64,000 nucleotides of DNA from Thermodesulfovibrionales bacterium (GTDB lineage: Bacteria > Nitrospirota > Thermodesulfovibrionia > Thermodesulfovibrionales > UBA6898): contig JBIOIY010000007.1 in NCBI GenBank assembly GCA_044450345.1, positions 1 through 64,000 of the forward strand, given 5' to 3'. How positions within the stretch are numbered: the first letter of the stretch is position 1; the number at the start of each line of letters is the position of its first letter. Below are positions 28,431 through 38,592 of the stretch, piece by piece. Below the pieces are notes generated by a model that saw only the letters and a program-made list of their open reading frames with translations, did not search any database and was not told where the DNA came from. The translations under genes were made by a program, and so were the position numbers.

Positions 28431-28769
28431 ATGAAAATGGTCACAGCGGTAGTTAGGTCGGTTGGGCTTGAGCGGATAGTCAAGGCACTCGAAGATGAGG
28501 GGATTATGGGTCTGACCTTCTTCGAGGTGAAAGGAACCGGGGAGCAGGTCAATGTATTCAGACAATATTCCATACACAAGAAGATCGAGGTTATCGTCCC
28601 GGACGAGAGGGCAGAAGGAGTAGCCAGGATAATTTTTGAGCAGGGACATACGGGATTTGCAGGGGATGGGCTCATAGCAATACTCCCCGTCGAGTGCGTA
28701 ATAAAGATAAAAAAGAAGGCAATGATGTGCGATCTTGATTTCAAAGGAATGAAGGAGGTAAACCTCTAA
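28431..28769 (+). CDS. P-II family protein with shortened T-loop
   Basis: MKMVTAVVR, G.T..EVKG.G, KIEVIV.D, HTG..GDG.I.ILPVE; SD GGAGG. Confidence 0.85.
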   Translation: MKMVTAVVRSVGLERIVKALEDEGIMGLTFFEVKGTGEQVNVFRQYSIHKKIEVIVPDERAEGVARIIFEQGHTGFAGDGLIAILPVECVIKIKKKAMMCDLDFKGMKEVNL

Positions 28770-28817
28770 GCTTTGTTGGAAAGGAATTTGAATCATAACG
28801 CTAAAGGGAGAGAGAAG

Positions 28818-29204
28818 ATGGTAAAGAAAATCGTATTTTTCACTTTTTTTATACTGCTGACAGCCGGCCTTGTCTACGCCAAAGAGTATAACGTTGTCAA
28901 GAAGGCCGGACCATATCAGGTGACGCTCAAGATGGACAAAGATCCGGCCGCGGTCGGCGAGAATAATGCCATTATTGAGGTAAAGAATCCAGCCGGAGAG
29001 TCCGTGACTCACGCTGGCGTGGAGGTCTCATATTTAATGCCCTCAATGCAGTCGATGAAGTATGTTGAAAAGGGCGAACCAGCGGGAAATGTTTATACCG
29101 CTACCATCAAACCGTCGATGCCCGGTAAATGGAGAGCGACAGTGACGATCAAGGAGGAGAGGGGAAAGTCGCACAAGGTAAGTTTTGATTTCGAGGCCAA
29201 GTGA
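28818..29204 (+). CDS. FixH/YtkA-like periplasmic protein
   Basis: Similar to 11955-12344 (DPAAVGEN, YLMPSM, SMPGKW). Confidence 0.8.
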   Translation: MVKKIVFFTFFILLTAGLVYAKEYNVVKKAGPYQVTLKMDKDPAAVGENNAIIEVKNPAGESVTHAGVEVSYLMPSMQSMKYVEKGEPAGNVYTATIKPSMPGKWRATVTIKEERGKSHKVSFDFEAK

Positions 29205-29253
29205 AAATAAGAATGAGGGCTTTTAAAATTTGGACAAGGCAAGACGGCTTGAG

Positions 29254-30525
29254 ATGAAATCGTCAACAGCCTTATCCCTCATCATGATGCTGCTGTTCGT
29301 CACTACAGGCTCTGCCGAGGCCGCCCAGGTCCCTGTCGCCAGTCTCGATGCCCTTATCGATGAGGCGTTGCGCAACAACTCTGAGCTAAAGGCAACGGAA
29401 GACAAAGTAGACGTGTTCAGCGAAAGGCCTTCCCAGGAGGAATCTTTGGAAAATCCGAGGCTGGGATTCGGTATTCTCAATCTGCCAGTGAATTCATTCA
29501 GCTTTGACCAGGAGCCGATGACGCAAAAACAAGTCTCCGTCCTGCAAAGGATTCCTTTCCCGGGGAAACTTCCCTTGAAAGGCGCGATCGCAAGGAAGGA
29601 CGTCGACATCGCAAAGGAGGAGGTTGCGGAAAAACGGAACAATGTGATCCTGCAGGTCAAGATAGTTTACCGGAATCTCCTTTTGGTTGACAAGACGATA
29701 ACGGTAACAAAAGAGAACAGGGATCTCTTGAGGGATTTTGTCAAAACGGCGGAAGCGAAGTATTCGGTCGGCATGGGAATCCAACAGGATGTGCTGAAAG
29801 CACGGGTGGAGCTGTCGAAAATGATAGACATGCTTATATCGCTGGAGGAGAAAAAAGAAAGCCTCCTTGCGCGACTGAATTCGCTCCTTTATCGCCGTTC
29901 AGGCGAAAGGCTGAAGGACATAACTTGGCAAGACCTGGACTCGCTGAAGCCGACACCGTTTCCGTATACGGTGGAGGAACTGGAAAACATGGCGATGGAA
30001 AACCGCCCGATGCTCGCCTCAGCAAAACAGAGGATAGAGAGGTCCCGGCTGGGCGTGATGCTGGCAAAGAGGAATTACTATCCCGATTTCGATGTGGCGG
30101 TCAGTTATGGCCAGCGCGACAAAATGCCCGATTTTGTCTCCGGTTCGGTCATGATCACGATACCTCTTTGGTACAAGACGAAAGAGAACAGAAAGCTGGC
30201 GGAGGAGCGGGCAAGGACGAGGCAGGTCGAGGAGGAGTATAATTCCCTGAAAAATGATATCTTCTTCCGGCTGCGGGATTCAGTTCTGGAAATAAACAAA
30301 TATAAAGACCAGTTGGATCTGTACAAGACTGGCCTGATACCGCAGGGGAGAGCCGCCCTCGAATCGGCAATGGCCGGATACGGAGTGAATAAGGTGGATT
30401 TCGTAACGCTGGTAAACAACCAGATTACTTTGTATAACTACCGGATAGAGTATTACAAGGTTCTTACCGGTTTTGAAAACACCATCTCTGATATCGAAGC
30501 GGCAATAGGTAAAAGATTTTATTAG
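29254..30525 (+). CDS. TolC-family outer membrane factor (CusC-like)
   Basis: LIDEALRNN, EPMTQ..V.V.Q.IPFPGKL, ITIPLW, upstream of CusB/CusA. Confidence 0.88.
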   Translation: MKSSTALSLIMMLLFVTTGSAEAAQVPVASLDALIDEALRNNSELKATEDKVDVFSERPSQEESLENPRLGFGILNLPVNSFSFDQEPMTQKQVSVLQRIPFPGKLPLKGAIARKDVDIAKEEVAEKRNNVILQVKIVYRNLLLVDKTITVTKENRDLLRDFVKTAEAKYSVGMGIQQDVLKARVELSKMIDMLISLEEKKESLLARLNSLLYRRSGERLKDITWQDLDSLKPTPFPYTVEELENMAMENRPMLASAKQRIERSRLGVMLAKRNYYPDFDVAVSYGQRDKMPDFVSGSVMITIPLWYKTKENRKLAEERARTRQVEEEYNSLKNDIFFRLRDSVLEINKYKDQLDLYKTGLIPQGRAALESAMAGYGVNKVDFVTLVNNQITLYNYRIEYYKVLTGFENTISDIEAAIGKRFY

Positions 30526-30604
30526 CGCTATAAACAGGAGGAAAGCCGAGATCCATTTATGAAAGAAAAGAAATTGTCCGAAAAACCGAAAAGTTATACC
30601 TTAA

Positions 30605-32425
30605 ATGAGGGGTTGGCAATACGTGAACAAAAAAATCGCTAAATCTCTTGCTGTGGCGGTCGCGGTAGTATTGGTCCTTTGGTGGCTTTTCTCTCCGGTC
30701 AGCGAAAGAAAGTCCTCGCAGGGTATTCCCGGCGCAAAGACCGGCGCTCCCTCACAAGCCGGGAAGAAGGAAAGAAAGATCAAGTATTGGGTTGCCCCAA
30801 TGGACCCGACTTATATAAGGGACAAGCCTGGAAAATCTCCGATGGGTATGGACCTTGTCCCGGTGTATGAAGATGAAGAGCCGACAGCCGAAGGCGTGAT
30901 AAGAATAGATCCGGTTACGATTCAGAATATCGGCGTGAAAACAACGAAAGTAACTAAAGGAGCCCTCATCGCCGATATCCGTACGGTAGGGCATGTCGCT
31001 TACAACGAGGGAAGAGTAGACCATATTCATACCAAGGTATCGGGATGGGTCGAGCGGCTTTTTGTCGATACTACCGGGCAGGACGTGCGCAAAGGTGAGA
31101 AGCTCCTTACTATTTATTCCCCCGAACTGGTCGCGACCCAAGAGGAATATCTTCAGGCACTCGAGTACGCCAAGCGGACTGAGGGGTCAAAGTTCAACGA
31201 TATCTCCGGCAGCGGAAAGTCCCTTATCGATGCTACGAGGAGAAGACTTCTCCTAATGGACATCAATCCCGGACAGATCGAGGCCCTTGAAAAAAGCGGT
31301 GAGATCCAGAAGACAATGGCGCTCTATTCGCCCACGAACGGCATAGTAATCGACAAGAAGGTGCTTGCGGGCATGAAGGTGACCCCCGGCACGGAGCTGT
31401 ACACCCTGGCTGACCTTTCGAATGTCTGGATTCTTGGCTCCATTTACGAATACGAGCTGCCTTTCGTGGAAAAGGGCCAGGAGGCGGAGGTCATTCTTCC
31501 CTATGAGCCGGGCGTGGTATACAAGGGCCGTATTTCGTTTATCTACCCATATCTGTCCGCCGCTACCAGGACGGTACAGGTTCGCATCGACTTTAAAAAT
31601 CCCCGTTTGAAACTTAAACCGGATATGTATGTGGATTTGTCGATCAAAAGCAAGACGGCGAGAAACGTTCTGCAGGTGCCCTCCGATGCGGTCATCAGGA
31701 CCGGGACGCGCAATGTTGTCATTACCGCACTGGGGAATGGAAAGTTCCTTCCCAAAGAAGTGGAGCTCGGTCCGCAGGGACAGGGAATGGTGGAGATAAA
31801 ATCGGGGCTTGTCGAGGGCGAGACGGTCGTCAGTTCGGGGCAGTTCCTGATAGATTCGGAGAGCAATCTGAAACAGGCCGTCACCAGGATGATCGAGGCT
31901 CCGCTGCAGGCCGGCGCGGCAAAGACGTCAACTCCGAAAACCAAGCCCGACGCTGAAAAGGGGAAGAAAGAAGAAACGCCTCCTGCCCTTACTGTCCAAC
32001 TGAGCAGTGACCAGAAGCATATCATGTCCAGCATTATGGATACGTACATAAAGATACACCAGGCCCTCATAGCTGATGCGATAAACGGGGTCACATCGAA
32101 TGCGAAGACTCTCTCCGATCTCGTATACAAACTGCGGCTGACCGACCTACAAGGGAAACTCGGTGAGCTCACGGAACCCATGACGAAGTCGGTGGAAGGT
32201 CTATCATCCGGCGATCTCAAAAGGGCCAAGGACGCCTTCGCGCCATTGAGCAGGGTTCTTGTTGCCTATGTGAAAGGGACCGGGCGCGAAGAGGCGCATG
32301 CCGCGGGCATAAAGGTATTTTATTGTCCGATGAAAAAAGAACCCTGGCTCCAGAAGGGCGCCGCTGTAAAGAACCCTTATCTCGGAAAGGAAATGATTCT
32401 CTGCGGCAATGAGATAAAGTACTGA
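30605..32425 (+). CDS. cusB: CusB-like RND periplasmic adaptor with C-terminal DUF3347-like domain
   Basis: YWVAPMDP...PGKSPMGMDLVP, IYSPELVATQEEY, GQFLIDSES; C-terminal FYCPM...W.Q...VKNPYLG..M..CG. Confidence 0.88.
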   Translation: MRGWQYVNKKIAKSLAVAVAVVLVLWWLFSPVSERKSSQGIPGAKTGAPSQAGKKERKIKYWVAPMDPTYIRDKPGKSPMGMDLVPVYEDEEPTAEGVIRIDPVTIQNIGVKTTKVTKGALIADIRTVGHVAYNEGRVDHIHTKVSGWVERLFVDTTGQDVRKGEKLLTIYSPELVATQEEYLQALEYAKRTEGSKFNDISGSGKSLIDATRRRLLLMDINPGQIEALEKSGEIQKTMALYSPTNGIVIDKKVLAGMKVTPGTELYTLADLSNVWILGSIYEYELPFVEKGQEAEVILPYEPGVVYKGRISFIYPYLSAATRTVQVRIDFKNPRLKLKPDMYVDLSIKSKTARNVLQVPSDAVIRTGTRNVVITALGNGKFLPKEVELGPQGQGMVEIKSGLVEGETVVSSGQFLIDSESNLKQAVTRMIEAPLQAGAAKTSTPKTKPDAEKGKKEETPPALTVQLSSDQKHIMSSIMDTYIKIHQALIADAINGVTSNAKTLSDLVYKLRLTDLQGKLGELTEPMTKSVEGLSSGDLKRAKDAFAPLSRVLVAYVKGTGREEAHAAGIKVFYCPMKKEPWLQKGAAVKNPYLGKEMILCGNEIKY

Positions 32426-35400
32426 TGCTCGAAAAGATCATAGACGCATCAATCCGGAACAGGTTCCTCATTATTATCGCAGCGGTTTTCGTAATACTTG
32501 GGGGGCTTTATATGTTGTCGCAGACGCCCCTCGACGCGATCCCCGACCTCTCCGACGTCCAGGTTATCGTATATACGGATTATCCGGGGCAGGCCCCGCA
32601 GGTAGTCGAGCAGCAGGTTACCTATCCTCTGACTACCGCTATGCTTGCGGTCCCCGGGTCCAAGGTGGTAAGAGGGTATTCTTTTTTCGGCTCGTCTTTC
32701 GTCTATGTCATATTCGAGGACGGCACGGACCTTTATTGGGCGCGCAGCAGGGTGCTCGAATATCTTAATTACGTTTCGGGCCGTTTACCGCAAGGCGTGC
32801 GGCCGTCCCTCGGTCCGGACGCAACTGGCGTGGGATGGATTTACGAATATGCGCTGGTCGACAAGACCGGAAAGCGTGACCTTGCGCAGTTAAGGTCGAT
32901 CCAGGACTGGTATCTCCGGTACCAGCTCACTTCCGTCGAGGGCGTCTCCGAAGTCGCTTCCGTCGGAGGATTCGTAAAGCAATACCAGGTCGACATCGAC
33001 CCGAATAAGCTTCTCGGGTACGGCATCCCTCTTTCAAAGGTGAAGGCCGCGATCCAGCGCTCCAACAAGGATGTCGGAGGGCGCCTGATCGAGATGGCGG
33101 AGACGGAATATATGGTTCGCGGGCTCGGCTACATAAAATCAGTTAAAGACATCGAAGGCGTGCCGTTGGGTGTCGACAAAAACGGGACGCCTATAATGGT
33201 CAGGGATGTGGCGAATGTGCACCTCGGGCCTGAACTGCGGCGCGGCTTGACTGAACTGGATGGGCAGGGGGAGACCGTCGGTGGCGTGGTCATCATGCGG
33301 TACGGCCAAAACGCCCTCGCGACCATAGAAGGGGTAAAGGCGAAGCTGCAGAGCCTTAAGGCCGGCATTCCCGAAGGGGTGGAGATCGTCCCGGTCTACG
33401 ACCGCGCCGGCCTGATCGAGCGGGCAGTCCATACCCTCAACGAAAAGCTTGTCGAGGAGTCGATTGTAGTGGCCCTGGTTTGCATGCTTTTCCTCTTGCA
33501 TTTCAGGTCAGCTTTTGTTGCGATTTTTACGCTTCCTCTCGGCATTCTCATGGCCTTTATCGTCATGAGATTCCAGGGCCTCAATGCCAATATTATGTCG
33601 CTCGGAGGGATCGCCATCGCAATAGGCGCGATGATCGACGCCGCTATCGTTATGATTGAAAACGCCCATAAGCACCTTGAAAAAAGCGGAGGGGAGAAAA
33701 AGCATTGGGATATTATCGCAATGTCCGCCAAGCAGGTGGGGCCCGCGCTCTTCTTTTCCCTTCTCATCATCACTTTTTCATTTCTGCCGATTTTTACGCT
33801 CCAGGCCCAGGAGGGCAGGCTCTTCCGGCCTCTGGCGTTTACGAAGACCTATTCCATGGGCGCTGCGGCCTTACTGTCCATTACGATTGTGCCGGTTATG
33901 ATGGGCTATTTCATTAGGACTACGCTGCTGCCCGCAGTCTGGAGCAGGCGAAAACAGCGGGTTGTGTCGGCGGCAGCGGCCTTGGGAGTCTTTGGGGTGT
34001 TCCGGCTTGGATCGAGATTTTTCCCCTACTCTATCTTGGGGACATTCGGACTGTCGATTGCAATCATTTTGGGAACACTTACGTTTCTGACTCTATGGCC
34101 GCAGGAAGTCAGCCCCGAGGAGAAAAACCCTGTAAACAGGTTCCTTATCAGGATATACAAGCCGGTAATCTTCTGGGTTCTGAAGCACAAGGCGGTGACG
34201 ATCCTTGTCGCTGTCCTGGTTATGTTGACCCTCCTTCCTTTCCGCAGCCTCGTGGCCAACAAGGTCCCGGAGGGCCCGCTCAGGAACGCAGCCGAGCGAA
34301 TCGACAGACTTTTCCCCTTCGAAAAAATAGGCGGTGAGTTCATGCCGCCGCTTTATGAGGGCGACCTCCTTTACATGCCCACTACACTTCCGGGCGTCTC
34401 GATAACTACCGCCAGGGCAATCCTGCAGCAGACGGACGAGATCATAAAGACATTCCCCGAAGTCCAATCCGTTTTCGGGAAAATCGGGCGCGCCGAAACC
34501 GCGACCGATCCGGCGCCGCTCTCGATGATAGAGACCACGATCAGGCTGAAACCGGAGAGCGAGTGGCCGATAGTGCCGGTAAAGAGGTTTTTTTCCGGGT
34601 GGCCCGAAATTCTCCAGCGGCCGTTTCTAAAGATATGGCCGAACGAAAGACGAATCACTCCGCAGGAGCTCACTGCCCAGATGAACAAGGCAATCCATTT
34701 CCCGGGCCTGACAAATGCATGGACCATGCCTATCAAAACACGCATCGACATGCTGGCAACCGGAATAAAGACGCCTGTGGGCATAAAGGTTATGGGAAAC
34801 GACCTCCAAACATTGTCCACTCTGGGCGAGCAGATCGAGGCGGTCGTCAAGAAGGTTCCCGGCACTCTCTCTGCCTATTCCGAGAGAGTCGTCGGCGGAT
34901 ATTATTTCGATTACGACATTAACCGTGACGCCGCCGCAAGGTACGGCCTTACTGTGGGCGACGTGCAGGATGTGATACAGTCGGCAATAGGTGGCATGGA
35001 TATCGGCGAAACCGTCGAGGGGCTGGAGAGATATCCGGTAAATGTCAGGTACGGGCGTGAGCTGAGAGAATCGATGGCCGATCTGCAACGCGTGCTTATC
35101 TCGACTCCTGCGGGGGCCCAGATCCCCATTGCGCAGGTTGCGAATATCAGGATTCATCAGGGGCCGCCTGTGATCAAGACGGAGAATTCGAGACCGAATG
35201 TTTGGATCTATGTCGATCTCGAAGGGGTCGACGTGGCTACTTATGTGAAAACTGCGAAGAAGGCGGTGGAGGCGAATGTGAAGATGCCTCCTGGATACAA
35301 TCTTGTATGGTCGGGACAGTTTGAGTATATGGAGAGGGCTAACAAACGGCTCTCGGTGGTCGTGCCCGTGACACTTCTGATCATCTTTCTCCTCCTCTAT

Positions 35401-35892
35401 CTCAATTTCAAGAATGTTGCGGAATCTCTCATAGTCATGCTCTCCCTCCCATTTGCCATCGTAGGAGGCGTCTGGTTCATCTATCTCCTTGGATACGACA
35501 TGAGTATTGCCGTCGGCGTCGGATTTATTGCACTTGCCGGAGTTGCTGCTGAAACAGGCGTGGTGATGCTCATCTATCTCGACGAAGCGCTTTCGGAAAC
35601 AATGATTGAGAAATCAAATTCTATAACACGAAAGGACCTGTACGAAGCGATCATTTTCGGCGCAGTCGAGAGGGTCAGGCCGAAAATGATGACCGTTACG
35701 GCAATTATGGCAGGACTTTTACCAATATTCTGGGGCGAGGGGGCCGGCGCGGACACCATGAGAAGGATCGCCGCGCCGATGATCGGAGGCATGGTCTCCT
35801 CGACCATCCTCACTTTGATTGTGATACCGGCCATTTACGCCTTCTGGAAAGGCGTGACAATCAAATTCAGGGCGGAAGAGGACCCTCAGTAA
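32425..35892 (+). CDS. cusA: CusA-family heavy-metal RND permease
   Basis: LDAIPDLSDVQVIV, EFMPPLYEGDLLYMP, DPAPLSMIET, NAWTMPIKTRIDML (Met triad), RVRPKMMT. Confidence 0.95.
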   Translation: MLEKIIDASIRNRFLIIIAAVFVILGGLYMLSQTPLDAIPDLSDVQVIVYTDYPGQAPQVVEQQVTYPLTTAMLAVPGSKVVRGYSFFGSSFVYVIFEDGTDLYWARSRVLEYLNYVSGRLPQGVRPSLGPDATGVGWIYEYALVDKTGKRDLAQLRSIQDWYLRYQLTSVEGVSEVASVGGFVKQYQVDIDPNKLLGYGIPLSKVKAAIQRSNKDVGGRLIEMAETEYMVRGLGYIKSVKDIEGVPLGVDKNGTPIMVRDVANVHLGPELRRGLTELDGQGETVGGVVIMRYGQNALATIEGVKAKLQSLKAGIPEGVEIVPVYDRAGLIERAVHTLNEKLVEESIVVALVCMLFLLHFRSAFVAIFTLPLGILMAFIVMRFQGLNANIMSLGGIAIAIGAMIDAAIVMIENAHKHLEKSGGEKKHWDIIAMSAKQVGPALFFSLLIITFSFLPIFTLQAQEGRLFRPLAFTKTYSMGAAALLSITIVPVMMGYFIRTTLLPAVWSRRKQRVVSAAAALGVFGVFRLGSRFFPYSILGTFGLSIAIILGTLTFLTLWPQEVSPEEKNPVNRFLIRIYKPVIFWVLKHKAVTILVAVLVMLTLLPFRSLVANKVPEGPLRNAAERIDRLFPFEKIGGEFMPPLYEGDLLYMPTTLPGVSITTARAILQQTDEIIKTFPEVQSVFGKIGRAETATDPAPLSMIETTIRLKPESEWPIVPVKRFFSGWPEILQRPFLKIWPNERRITPQELTAQMNKAIHFPGLTNAWTMPIKTRIDMLATGIKTPVGIKVMGNDLQTLSTLGEQIEAVVKKVPGTLSAYSERVVGGYYFDYDINRDAAARYGLTVGDVQDVIQSAIGGMDIGETVEGLERYPVNVRYGRELRESMADLQRVLISTPAGAQIPIAQVANIRIHQGPPVIKTENSRPNVWIYVDLEGVDVATYVKTAKKAVEANVKMPPGYNLVWSGQFEYMERANKRLSVVVPVTLLIIFLLLYLNFKNVAESLIVMLSLPFAIVGGVWFIYLLGYDMSIAVGVGFIALAGVAAETGVVMLIYLDEALSETMIEKSNSITRKDLYEAIIFGAVERVRPKMMTVTAIMAGLLPIFWGEGAGADTMRRIAAPMIGGMVSSTILTLIVIPAIYAFWKGVTIKFRAEEDPQ

Positions 35893-36038
35893 TGAGTCCG
35901 AAATCACTTTTGTTGGCCTTGTAATCACCTCGAAAACCCGGCAAACAGACCGTAGTCCGAGGCACTCATAGGGCGACCAAGTTTTTGGGGGATGCGGACA
36001 GTCTCACAATATCGGGATCTTATCATTCTTTTTCCGTG

Positions 36039-36192
36039 ACTGTGACGCAATCATCAAGGATGCCAAAAAATTAAAAGCTGAATATTTTAACTTTGCAAAA
36101 TGGCACCGTATGCGCGCGAAGAATTGAAAGGGAAATAAGACTGCAATGGTAGGGGGGCAAGGACCTGACTTGCCTTCCCTATAGGCTTTTTG
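36039..36192 (+). pseudogene. Copy 2 of inverted duplicate: frameshifted 3' fragment of the 6420-6773 gene
   Basis: Encodes CDAIIKDAKKLKAEYFNFAKWHRMRA then loses one G relative to copy 1; shared downstream sequence. Confidence 0.85.
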
Positions 36193-36739
36193 AGCTTTTT
36201 ATTCCGCCGGGATTGATGCCTCTTATGGTGCTCCTATATTCCCGTCAACGATCCAAGAAGTAAAGCAAGGGCGGTTATGACGTGAGGATTTTGTTCAGCC
36301 GCATTCTGGTTTTTCCGCTGTCGTCACATGAGAAGCAGTAGAACTTTCGAAGCCGCCGTCAGATTGCTTTTATCTGCGAGACTGATTCTTTTGTGGTGAA
36401 AGCTGTCATTTTAGACGTTAGGGCTCCAGGGTTAATTTTAGGGAGGAGCCAAAAGATAATAGAACTCGAAACTCCGCAGGGTTACGACCAGAAAACACGC
36501 GCTTCAGTCTGAGTTCAAATATTCTTTTCAGCCACACACATTTAGAGGAAGTCGCACATCAGACTTAGCAGAGTAATTCACGATTTACAGATGAAGTAAT
36601 GCTTACGAGAAAATCGACTTTCCCTTTGAGTCCACGTCGAGCCCACAGCCTTGAGGTTAATATTGCCGTCTTAGACACTATCCTGCAGGAGTAAATAGTC
36701 TTTAAAAAGTTCTGAGAGAAATGTTATTTCCTAAAAAGG

Positions 36740-36789
36740 TTGACAAAAAGAATTATCATCTGTTACTCTTGATAAGAGTTATCATTATC
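36740..36789 (+). promoter_or_regulatory. sigma70 promoter and Fur box
   Basis: TTGACA 36740-36745, TG-n-TACTCT 36761-36769; GATAAGAGTTATCATTATC 36771-36789 matches the classical Fur box at 15/19. Confidence 0.8.
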
Positions 36790-36799
36790 AACGACAATT

Positions 36800-37231
36800 A
36801 TGATTACGAACAAGGCAAAAGATATTTTCAGAAACTATATTAGAGAGAAGGGACTGCGCAATACCCGGCAAAGAGAAGAAATTCTTAATGCTTTCCTCTC
36901 TTCAGAGAAACATATTACCGTCGAAGACCTATTTAATGCGATAAAGGTGAAAGATCCCGAAATAGGTTACGCCACAGTCCACCGAAATTTGAGCTTGTTG
37001 TGTGAATGCGGTCTTGCTGATGAAATAAAGATCGGCAAACAAAAGACCAGATACGAACCTAAATTCGGGCAGGAGCATCATGATCATCTTATCTGTTTAA
37101 AATGCGGCCGGTTCATCGAGGTCAATGACACAAAGATCGAAAAACTCCAGGATAAGCTCGCTGAAGCAAACGATTTTATTCCAGTGAGGCACAAGCTGGA
37201 GATATACGGCATCTGCAAACAGTGTAAGTAA
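36800..37231 (+). CDS. fur: Fur family transcriptional repressor
   Basis: GLRNTRQR..IL, H.T.EDL, IGYATVHR, HHDHLICLKCG, HKLEIYGICKQC. Confidence 0.93.
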   Translation: MITNKAKDIFRNYIREKGLRNTRQREEILNAFLSSEKHITVEDLFNAIKVKDPEIGYATVHRNLSLLCECGLADEIKIGKQKTRYEPKFGQEHHDHLICLKCGRFIEVNDTKIEKLQDKLAEANDFIPVRHKLEIYGICKQCK

Positions 37232-37250
37232 TTTTTTTTGCTCTCTTCAT

Positions 37251-37269
37251 GATATTGCATATCATTATA
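37251..37269 (+). promoter_or_regulatory. Second Fur box
   Basis: GATATTGCATATCATTATA, 14/19 match to GATAATGATAATCATTATC. Confidence 0.65.
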
Positions 37270-37322
37270 AACAAAGACGGGTGGTAGCCTTTAGAAAATG
37301 GAATCACGAAAGGAGAAGATAG

Positions 37323-38087
37323 GTGCTTAGAAGTTTAATCGTGGCAGCGGCTATTGTTCTCGTCGCGGTGGGACAAACCTTTGCTGCCCATCCGCTAATA
37401 ACCGACGACACTGGAACGCAGGGCAAGGGGAAATTTCAGCTTGAAATTATTGGAGAATATCAGCATGAAAGCAAGGATGGGATCACAATTGACAGCGTAG
37501 TGGTTCCAACCATCCCGGTGCTCTCCTATGGAATAACCGATACTTCAGATATCGTTCTTGGGATTTCATACCAGCATGTAAGAACCAGTGATTCCCAAAA
37601 AACCACAACAGCAGATGGACTTTCAGATACATCTGTTGAGCTGAAGTGGCGCTTCTATGACAAGGATGGCCTGAGCTTTGCCCTGAAGCCCGGCATCAGC
37701 ATTCCGACAGGAAACGATGAAAAAGGGTTCGGTGCCGGAAAAATAACCTACCATCTCTTTTTGATTGCCACAAAAGAGATAAAACCCTGGGCATTTCATC
37801 TCAATCTTGGTTACATCAGAAATGAAAATAAGATTAATGAAAGAAATGACATATGGCATTCATCACTCGCCGGAGAAGTTGAGTTTATCAAAAATCTTAA
37901 AGCAGTTGCAAATGTCGGCATAGAGAGAGATCGCGATAAGGCTTCGAATACGATTCCAGCTTTTATTTTGGGTGGGCTCATCTATTCGATCTCAACGAAC
38001 CTGGACATCGATATCGGGATTAAGAAAGGGATTAATAATCGTGGTAACGATTATTCTATCCCCGCAGGAATAACATGGAGATTTTAG
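37323..38087 (+). CDS. Outer membrane beta-barrel transporter (MetA-pathway/COG4313-like)
   Basis: AHPLITDDTGTQGKG.FQLE, GLSD..VELKWRF, PTG, C-terminal ITWRF. Confidence 0.75.
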   Translation: MLRSLIVAAAIVLVAVGQTFAAHPLITDDTGTQGKGKFQLEIIGEYQHESKDGITIDSVVVPTIPVLSYGITDTSDIVLGISYQHVRTSDSQKTTTADGLSDTSVELKWRFYDKDGLSFALKPGISIPTGNDEKGFGAGKITYHLFLIATKEIKPWAFHLNLGYIRNENKINERNDIWHSSLAGEVEFIKNLKAVANVGIERDRDKASNTIPAFILGGLIYSISTNLDIDIGIKKGINNRGNDYSIPAGITWRF

Positions 38088-38098
38088 GAGGTTGTGAT

Positions 38099-38365
38099 AT
38101 GTTGCCCCTTGGACTTTTAATCAGTGGAGAACAGGCCGAAATCCTGGAGATAAAGAACTGGAAAAGAGCTTATTCTCCGGATCTCAAAAGAGAGAAGGCC
38201 GACGATGAGCAGGGGAGAATTGAGGATATGGGTATCCGGGTAGGAAAGAGTGTGCAGATGCTCAACAACAGGGGGTGCGGCCCCCTACTTTTAAAGGTCG
38301 ACGAATCGAGGATCGCCATGGGACGCGGGATGGCGATGAAGATAATGGTGAGGAGGAAAGAATAA
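38099..38365 (+). CDS. feoA: FeoA family protein
   Basis: RIEDMGIRVG, GPLLLKVDESRIAMGRGMAMKI. Confidence 0.85.
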   Translation: MLPLGLLISGEQAEILEIKNWKRAYSPDLKREKADDEQGRIEDMGIRVGKSVQMLNNRGCGPLLLKVDESRIAMGRGMAMKIMVRRKE

Positions 38366-38592
38366 TGAATTTAGCGATGTTAAAACCAGGTGAAAACGGA
38401 AGAATAACGAAGATGGGAGCGGTTGGTCCGCTAAAAAGAAGGCTGATGGATATGGGGGTACTGACAGGAGAAAAGATAAAGGTCGAAAAGATTGCCCCCC
38501 TCGGAGACCCCATTGAAGTGACAATAAAAAACTATAACCTCTCCCTCAGGAAAAAAGAGGCTGAGGGAATTGAAGTGGAGGTGGTGAGATGA
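38365..38592 (+). CDS. feoA: FeoA family protein
   Basis: KRRLMDMG, APLGDPIEV, LSLRKKEA; ATG overlaps the previous stop. Confidence 0.9.
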   Translation: MNLAMLKPGENGRITKMGAVGPLKRRLMDMGVLTGEKIKVEKIAPLGDPIEVTIKNYNLSLRKKEAEGIEVEVVR

